Shown here: in pieces, positions 58,319-64,000 of the stretch
How positions within the stretch are numbered: the stretch's first letter is position 1
Layout: each line of letters opens with the position of its first letter
Assembly (NCBI GenBank): GCA_002070355.1
Contig: MWDC01000001.1
Span: forward strand, 67,994 to 131,993
Direction: 5' to 3'
Length of the DNA: 64,000 bases
DNA from: Parcubacteria group bacterium ADurb.Bin159
Lineage (GTDB): Bacteria > Patescibacteriota > Patescibacteriia > UBA2591 > MWDC01
Notes under the pieces: model-generated
Databases searched by the model: none
Told to the model about the DNA's origin: nothing
The model's input: only the letters and a program-made list of their open reading frames with translations
Translations under genes and position numbers: made by a program

Positions 58319-59524
58319 TCAAATGTATTTTCTTCCTTTTAATTTATCGGGCAGGTATTCTTGTTTTTCTTTATAATTATAATTTGGACTATATTTATAT
58401 CCTTTGCCATATCCTAAATCTTTCATCAATTTTGTCGGAGCATTACGGATGTGTAAAGGCACGAGTAAATTGCCATATTTTCTGACATCTTCTGCTGCTT
58501 TCGTATAAGCTGCATATATTTTATTTGATTTTTTACATTTAGCCAAATAAACAACTGCTTGTGCTAAAATAACATCGCTTTCCGGCATACCCAAAAAATA
58601 ACATGCCTGATAAGCAGCGACTGATTGTTCTAAAGCGCGAGAATTAGCCAATCCCACATCTTCGCAAGCAAAACGAATTAAACGGCGAGCAATATATAAA
58701 GGGTCTTCTCCTGCTTCTATCATTCGAGCTAACCAATATAAGGCAGCATTAGCGTCAGAACCACGCAAGGATTTATGCAAAGCAGAAATTATATTGTAAT
58801 GTTCTTCTCCATTTTTATCGTAGAATAAATAAGATTTTTGCAAAGCATCTTTTATAACATCTAAAGTAATATTTTCTGATACTGAAACAGCATATTCAAG
58901 AATATTTAAAGCCACTCTAGCATCGCCATTGCTTACCTCGGCAATGGTTTCTATTATTTTATCATTTATTTTAATATTCAAATTACCTAAACCATTTTCT
59001 TTGTCCTTTATGGCTCTTTTTATAATTTTTATAAGATGGGATTTAGCCAACGGTTTTAAGACAAAAATATGGCAACGGGAAAGTAAAGGACTAACGACTT
59101 CAAAACTGGGATTTTCTGTAGTCGCCCCAATAAGTGTAATCACCCCTTCTTCAATTAAGGGCAATAAGGCATCTTGTTGCGATTTATTCCAACGATGAAT
59201 TTCGTCAATAAAAAGTATAGTTTTTTTATTTTTCTCTTTTGCTTCTTTGGCTTTTTTAATAATAGCCCGCAAATCTTTTAAACCGCTAGAAACAGCGCTT
59301 ATTTGCTCAAATTCCGATTTAGTTTGTTGGGCAATAATATAAGCCAAAGTAGTTTTTCCGCTTCCCGGCGGTCCCCAAAAAATCATTGAAGGGACCTCAT
59401 CTTTTTCAATGGCTTTTCTCAATAATTTTTCCGGTCCAACAATTTCTTCTTGACCAAAAAAATCCAAAAGAGATTTTGGCCTCATTCTATCGGCTAATGG
59501 CCTAATTTTATCTTTTAAAATCAT
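58319..59524 (-). CDS. rarA: Replication-associated recombination protein A (AAA+ ATPase)
   Basis: FWGPPGSGKTT (Walker A), ILFIDEIHRWNKSQQD, and the MgsA C-terminal domain. Confidence 0.85.
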   Translation of the reverse strand: MILKDKIRPLADRMRPKSLLDFFGQEEIVGPEKLLRKAIEKDEVPSMIFWGPPGSGKTTLAYIIAQQTKSEFEQISAVSSGLKDLRAIIKKAKEAKEKNKKTILFIDEIHRWNKSQQDALLPLIEEGVITLIGATTENPSFEVVSPLLSRCHIFVLKPLAKSHLIKIIKRAIKDKENGLGNLNIKINDKIIETIAEVSNGDARVALNILEYAVSVSENITLDVIKDALQKSYLFYDKNGEEHYNIISALHKSLRGSDANAALYWLARMIEAGEDPLYIARRLIRFACEDVGLANSRALEQSVAAYQACYFLGMPESDVILAQAVVYLAKCKKSNKIYAAYTKAAEDVRKYGNLLVPLHIRNAPTKLMKDLGYGKGYKYSPNYNYKEKQEYLPDKLKGRKYI

Positions 59525-59591
59525 AAAACTTATTCTTTTATTGTAATAAATTGTTAAATTTTAGCAAGATAATCTTTAAATTCTAAATTTA

Positions 59592-59628
59592 AAAGAGAGT
59601 GTCGCAAACCAACACTCTCTTTGTTTTA
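59592..59628. terminator. Hairpin terminator
   Basis: agagagtgt-N9-acactctct followed by ttgtttt. Confidence 0.55.
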
Positions 59629-60342
59629 TAAAATTTTCAATATATCTTTTATATTCTCGATTTCACTGACATATTTATTATATAAGCCAGTGTCTAATTC
59701 CGCATTTCCCCAATCCCATCCCTGACTAAAAGAAGAGATATAAATCGCCTTAATGGGTACTTTAAGGGCTTCTCCAATATCTATTTTCAGAGAATCTCCA
59801 ACCATCCATATTTCTTTAAATATTTTAGCCAGATCACTCAGTTTTTTCCCTTTATCACTAACAGACGAAACTATCTCGATAGCATCAAAATATCCTTCTA
59901 ATTTCGTGTAATTTATTTTTTGCCTTTGGAGTTTTTCGTCTCCTAAAGTTAGAAGGACTAAATGGTGCCCTTTTTGGCGAAGCACTTTTAGCACTTGTTT
60001 CGCTCCTTTTACAGGGATAAAAGGTGGGTCAGCAAATTGCTTGGCGGCTTTAAATACTTTTTTTTCCACCATTTTATCTGGTCTTAAACCGCATTGCCTA
60101 CAAATTTCCTGATAAGTTTCTACCCAACTCTTTGGAAAACGGTCAACCGAAAAACCATATTTTTCTATATTCAATTTATCCAGGGCATTATATCTTTTCA
60201 ATATTTCAGATGGATACGGACACCTGATTCCCAAATTTGACGAAATAACTTCTAAACACCGCACTATAGCGAGATGATACTTGTACTGATTATACCAAAG
60301 AGTATCATCACCGTCAAAAGCTACACAACTCTGCTTGCTCAT
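59626..60342 (-). CDS. HAD-superfamily hydrolase
   Basis: N-terminal VAFDGDDTLW (the DxDxT motif I) and C-terminal VGDS. Confidence 0.55.
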   Translation of the reverse strand: MSKQSCVAFDGDDTLWYNQYKYHLAIVRCLEVISSNLGIRCPYPSEILKRYNALDKLNIEKYGFSVDRFPKSWVETYQEICRQCGLRPDKMVEKKVFKAAKQFADPPFIPVKGAKQVLKVLRQKGHHLVLLTLGDEKLQRQKINYTKLEGYFDAIEIVSSVSDKGKKLSDLAKIFKEIWMVGDSLKIDIGEALKVPIKAIYISSFSQGWDWGNAELDTGLYNKYVSEIENIKDILKIL

Positions 60343-60645
60343 TCGATTCCTCCTTTTTTGCTTTTTTTAAATTTTAAATTTTAAATAATTATTTTTATTT
60401 AATAATAACTAAAAATTGAATTTTGTCAAATGAAATTTCATCTTATTTCTAATACGAAAGTGCATTTAATGAAATATATATTGGAGCTTCTAGATTTAAT
60501 AAAACATAAAAAAAGTGTTAGCCCAGCGTCTTTCGAGTGTAGAGGGTTGACAAATTAAATTTTTATGAAATAATAAAAACATTAATATACATTAATATAT
60601 ATCTATTTCTTTACAATTAAACAAATTAACAAAAGGAGGAAAAAA

Positions 60646-61377
60646 ATGAATCTTCTAAAATTGTTGATTATACTTTGGTTAATCGAAATAATCCTGTTAA
60701 TAGTAGCTATTTTGATTTATGAATTAATTCGTTGGTATAAAAGATCTAGATTGAAAAAAATGCTTCTCAAAATTCTCAATGGGGAAATTCTTCTGAAATA
60801 CGCTAAAAAAATGAATTTTTATTGGCGTCGAACCCTTCAATTAAAAAAATTGAAAAAAATGCTTCTCGAAATTCCCGGCGGGGAGATTATTCTGAAATAC
60901 GCCAATACATTAAAGATAAAAATGGAAATAAATAATGAGAATGAGAAGATATGGGAAATTGGAATAAAAAGAAAAGTTGTTTTTGCTCCTCTTAAAGCAG
61001 TAGAAAAAAATAAGAGGAGTGACGTAAATAATCCCTTATTTGGTTTGGTCCATGAAATAGGTCATCTGGAATACTCTTTTTTTCCTATTGATATTGCCAA
61101 TCCGTTTATTTGTCCTAAGTTTCAAGGAAAATGTATTATCGAGGAGTGGGAAGCATGGCTGCGGGGATGGAATATAATCCGCCGCCTGCAAATTCCCGCT
61201 GAACCTAAAAAATATTGGAGGTACGTTGTAAAACAATTAAGTAGCTATTATCAAGATAAGACGCTTCTTGATTGTTTTGAATTCTGCATATTAACAAAAA
61301 ATTATGCTCAAACAATGATTTCTATGGGGGTTCATCCACCGGTGATTCATCCGTCAAATAAAAATATTAACAATTAA
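60646..61377 (+). CDS. Hypothetical protein with an N-terminal TM, an internal ~27-aa tandem repeat and an HExxH motif (VHEIGH)
   Basis: ORF-track protein with repeat units KKMLLKILNGEILLKYAKK and KKMLLEIPGGEIILKYANT. Confidence 0.4.
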   Translation: MNLLKLLIILWLIEIILLIVAILIYELIRWYKRSRLKKMLLKILNGEILLKYAKKMNFYWRRTLQLKKLKKMLLEIPGGEIILKYANTLKIKMEINNENEKIWEIGIKRKVVFAPLKAVEKNKRSDVNNPLFGLVHEIGHLEYSFFPIDIANPFICPKFQGKCIIEEWEAWLRGWNIIRRLQIPAEPKKYWRYVVKQLSSYYQDKTLLDCFEFCILTKNYAQTMISMGVHPPVIHPSNKNINN

Positions 61378-61401
61378 CGTGGCGCTAAACGCCACGTTTT
61401 T
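61378..61401 (+). terminator. Rho-independent terminator
   Basis: cgtggcg-ctaaa-cgccacg followed by ttttt. Confidence 0.65.
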
Positions 61402-61530
61402 ATATGTAAAAATTCATTACCATATAATTTTTATTTGACAAAATTTATTATTTTCTTAAAATTAAAATACTCTCAAAATAACGTTCTTTCAATTATAATA
61501 ATTAACCAATAATTTTTAAGGAGGTAAAAA

Positions 61531-62508
61531 ATGGCAGATTTATTATTTAAGAAAGGAAGTTTTAAAATTTTGTCTGACGACCTTTCTAAATTGTCAGCCA
61601 AAGAAATGAACGCTCTTATTAAAGAAATAGCTGCTTTGTCTCATGATCCATCTGAAATGACCAATTCAAGACATAATTGGTATACGTATCGTCTTGGGGG
61701 GCTACAAACAAATCTTCCTGAATACGTGGGATTTTTACTCTTAAAGGCTAATCAGTTATTTATGATCACCCCCAAGGCGCATAGTTTACTAATTTCGGGT
61801 AATGCTGAAATCTTTAATAAAGGGTACTCAAAAGCACATTCCCAATGTCTTCCTGCCTTCTGTATACTGGACCCTATAATGAAAGACTTACACAAAGATA
61901 ATCCGATTCTTTTCCCTCTTAAAGAAAAGAAAAAAAGTAATGTTCTTCCAATTTTTCCCTACCACTTCAAGTTAGAGAGAAATCCTAGATTGAACCACAA
62001 AGAAATGGTAATCCACAGAGCGATGACTGTAATGTTTGAAAATGTTTCTCTCGGATTTATCTACGAAAGTCTCGGGGGAGGAAATGGGGATGAAAAAATT
62101 AGTTATTGTACGCAACAATCAACGCGCTATGTTGATTATTGCTACACTCCCCTGCGGTTTATTCCCCCTTATAACGATGATTTTGATTTCCATCAAAAAA
62201 TCAAATTTAATATTAAGGGGAAAGAAGAGGCTTTAACGCCTCAAGAATTCACTGATGCTCTGGAAGCCTGGTATCAAGCCCTACGTCAGCAAGGCCTTAC
62301 TCCTCAAGAAGTAAGGCAATGGCTCCCTTTGGGTCTCGAAGCGCCAGCGCCAGTTATTCAAACTTCTAATTTAGCAGAATGGCACCATTGGTTCTGTTTA
62401 CACACTAGTAAAGCAACACACCCCGAAATAAGGTTTGTCGCTAATTCCCTCTTGAAAGAGGTTCAAAAAAGGATACCGGTTATATTCGACAATTGCCATT
62501 TAATTTAA
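61531..62508 (+). CDS. Divergent ThyX-like (flavin-dependent thymidylate synthase family) protein
   Basis: C-terminal LPLGLEAPAPVIQTSNLAEWHHWFCLHTSKATHPEIRFVANSLL aligns with the ThyX C-terminal block. The RHRxxSxNExS signature is degenerate (IHRAMTVMFENVS). Confidence 0.45.
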   Translation: MADLLFKKGSFKILSDDLSKLSAKEMNALIKEIAALSHDPSEMTNSRHNWYTYRLGGLQTNLPEYVGFLLLKANQLFMITPKAHSLLISGNAEIFNKGYSKAHSQCLPAFCILDPIMKDLHKDNPILFPLKEKKKSNVLPIFPYHFKLERNPRLNHKEMVIHRAMTVMFENVSLGFIYESLGGGNGDEKISYCTQQSTRYVDYCYTPLRFIPPYNDDFDFHQKIKFNIKGKEEALTPQEFTDALEAWYQALRQQGLTPQEVRQWLPLGLEAPAPVIQTSNLAEWHHWFCLHTSKATHPEIRFVANSLLKEVQKRIPVIFDNCHLI

Positions 62509-62513
62509 AAAAT

Positions 62514-62549
62514 AATCCCTTCTTGCTTCAACAAGAAGGGATTTTTTAT
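62514..62549. terminator. Bidirectional terminator
   Basis: aatcccttcttg-N6-caagaagggatt followed by a T-run. Confidence 0.6.
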
Positions 62550-62575
62550 TATTTTATCACGTTTATAAATTTTAA

Positions 62576-63115
62576 TTATTTATTTTTTGCCTGTTTAATA
62601 AATTCAACAATAAACCAAATCACCAAAATTACAAAAACAAAAGAACCAAAAATAATCAGCGAATTAGGAGGCAAACTAATCCCTCCTGACTTTTTTAATT
62701 GGTTATCTTCTACTAATGTTTTTTCTAAGGGAGACGGACAACCGATTCGCGCGCAATGACTCAATTCATTTTTGAGCTGCGTTTTTACAAGTTCACTTGA
62801 ACCGAGAAAATATTTATCCCCAATAAAAACAATCGGCACAGGAAAATCGTCTGCTCCTTCTACTGAATAAACTTTAGCCAAAGCTGAATATAAAATTACG
62901 CTCGATTCTTGAGTAATACTTAACTCAAAAATTTCTAAATTCTGGTTTTTGTCCTTATACGATGACAAAAAAAATTTCATATCTTGGCAATAAGGACAAG
63001 AGGGGGAATAAAAAAAATAAATTGTTGTTTTTGGGGCAGATGAAACAACTATAGGAATTAAAATTAAAATTCCTAAAATGAAAAATATTCTATAATTATT
63101 TATTCGCTTTTTCAT
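62576..63115 (-). CDS. Membrane-anchored thioredoxin/glutaredoxin-like thiol-disulfide oxidoreductase
   Basis: N-terminal TM, a CPYC active-site motif, and a second hydrophobic C-terminal segment. Confidence 0.5.
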   Translation of the reverse strand: MKKRINNYRIFFILGILILIPIVVSSAPKTTIYFFYSPSCPYCQDMKFFLSSYKDKNQNLEIFELSITQESSVILYSALAKVYSVEGADDFPVPIVFIGDKYFLGSSELVKTQLKNELSHCARIGCPSPLEKTLVEDNQLKKSGGISLPPNSLIIFGSFVFVILVIWFIVEFIKQAKNK

Positions 63116-63196
63116 ATTTTAATTATAAAACAAAAGAAAAAAAATAAAAAGGGCCTTTTCTATAAATGGCTCTTTTATTTATCTCTATGGTTTTTG

Positions 63197-63271
63197 TGGT
63201 GCCGAGGGGCAGAATCGAACTGCCAACGCAAGGATTTTCAGTCCTTCGCTCTACCACTGAGCTACCTCGGC
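63197..63271 (-). tRNA. tRNA-Phe (GAA), CCA encoded
   Basis: Manual fold: acceptor GCCGAGG/CCUCGGC, D-arm GCUC-AGUGGUA-GAGC, anticodon loop CU-GAA-AA, T-arm GGCAG-UUCGAUU-CUGCC, discriminator A plus CCA. Confidence 0.85.
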
Positions 63272-63318
63272 ATTGAAATAAATTTTATTTTTTATAATAA
63301 CAAATTAATTAAATTAAG

Positions 63319-64000
63319 TCAAGAAAAAAATTTAAATACTGCTTGATTAAATTTCTCCCCTCGCTCAAATTCATGAGCAAATAAACCAAAACTTGCCGCT
63401 CCCGGTGAAAGTAAAACAATATCCCCTTTTTGGGCAACTGATTTAGCTTGTTTCACGGCTTTTTCCATTGAGTTTGTTTCTTTTATAAAATCTAATTTTG
63501 AATTATATTTAGATATTTCTGCTTTTATTTTTTCCGTAGCCGTCCCTGTTAAAAGAATCACTTTTTTAATTTCATTTGCTTCCGCTTTTTGAATAATAAA
63601 TTCCGCAAATTTTTTAAAATCCAAATTTTTATCTGCGCCTCCGGCTATTAAAATAATTTTAGCGGTTGAATTTTTATTGTTGATTAAACTGCTTAATCCC
63701 GCTATAGCTGCTTCGGGAATAGTAGCCGTAGTATCATTAATAAAAGTGATCCCTTTTATTTTAGCCACCACCTCCATCCTCCCTTCTAAATTTTTGAACC
63801 TTTTAAGAGAATTTTTAATTTTCTTCTCTGGAATTTTAAATAACTTAGCTACTTCTAACGCCGCAGCCAAATTGTCTAAATTATGTTCTCCGTAAAAAAA
63901 CGTTTTCCAACCTTCCACTTTTTGACGATTAAAAAAAACAACTTTTGATTTTGCTTGTGGCGATATTTGTTTTAATAGAGAATCGTTATTATTAACAATA
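63319..64000 (-). CDS. murD: UDP-N-acetylmuramoylalanine--D-glutamate ligase, C-terminal part; gene continues beyond the window end
   Basis: Mur ligase C-terminal domain (FINDTTATIPEAAIAGL, IILIAGGADK). The frame stays open upstream of the track start at 63918. Confidence 0.7.
   Translation of the reverse strand, partial: IVNNNDSLLKQISPQAKSKVVFFNRQKVEGWKTFFYGEHNLDNLAAALEVAKLFKIPEKKIKNSLKRFKNLEGRMEVVAKIKGITFINDTTATIPEAAIAGLSSLINNKNSTAKIILIAGGADKNLDFKKFAEFIIQKAEANEIKKVILLTGTATEKIKAEISKYNSKLDFIKETNSMEKAVKQAKSVAQKGDIVLLSPGAASFGLFAHEFERGEKFNQAVFKFFS

Noticed and set aside
1-64000. CRISPR arrays or rRNA genes
   Set aside because: No regularly spaced direct repeats with unique spacers were found. 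The repeat families seen are dispersed rather than arrayed, and I saw no rRNA-like conserved segments.

Overview
This 64 kb window is a low-GC (roughly 30-35%), gene-dense bacterial locus with almost every gene on the minus strand. Composition, small proteins and an archaeal/eukaryotic-type ProRS suggest a CPR/Patescibacteria-like genome, but that is inference only. Most of the window is housekeeping. It encodes gltX, proS, tyrS, aspS, rpoD, dnaG, ndk, xseAB, tpiA, parB, tgt, murG, ftsW, mraY, murD (partial), rpmA, ctpA, tatD, rarA, panD, an MlaEFD-like ABC system and a heterodimeric ABC exporter. There are five tRNAs: Asn-GTT, Ser-GGA, Gly-TCC, Phe-GAA and one with a non-canonical anticodon arm. 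No rRNA or CRISPR array is visible.

The most interesting feature is a compositionally distinct ~6.5 kb island at 16.1-22.9 kb. It is a tightly packed five-gene minus-strand operon bounded on both sides by copies of a ~95-bp double-hairpin repeat. The operon encodes a DpnA-like beta-class m6A methyltransferase and a DpnII/MboI-family (GATC) restriction endonuclease, two proteins of unknown function (201 aa and 1004 aa), and a membrane-anchored Mrr-cat nuclease with a topoisomerase-type zinc ribbon. The two unknown proteins, embedded between an R-M pair and an Mrr-like nuclease, are the best candidate for a new defence module.

Secondary highlights:
- A six-copy intergenic double-hairpin repeat family.
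- A second terminator-palindrome repeat family.
- A ~1.7 kb GC-rich (~50%) foreign segment next to tRNA-Ser.
- A degraded accessory segment next to tRNA-Asn.
- tRNA-Gly followed by a duplicated copy of its own 3' end.
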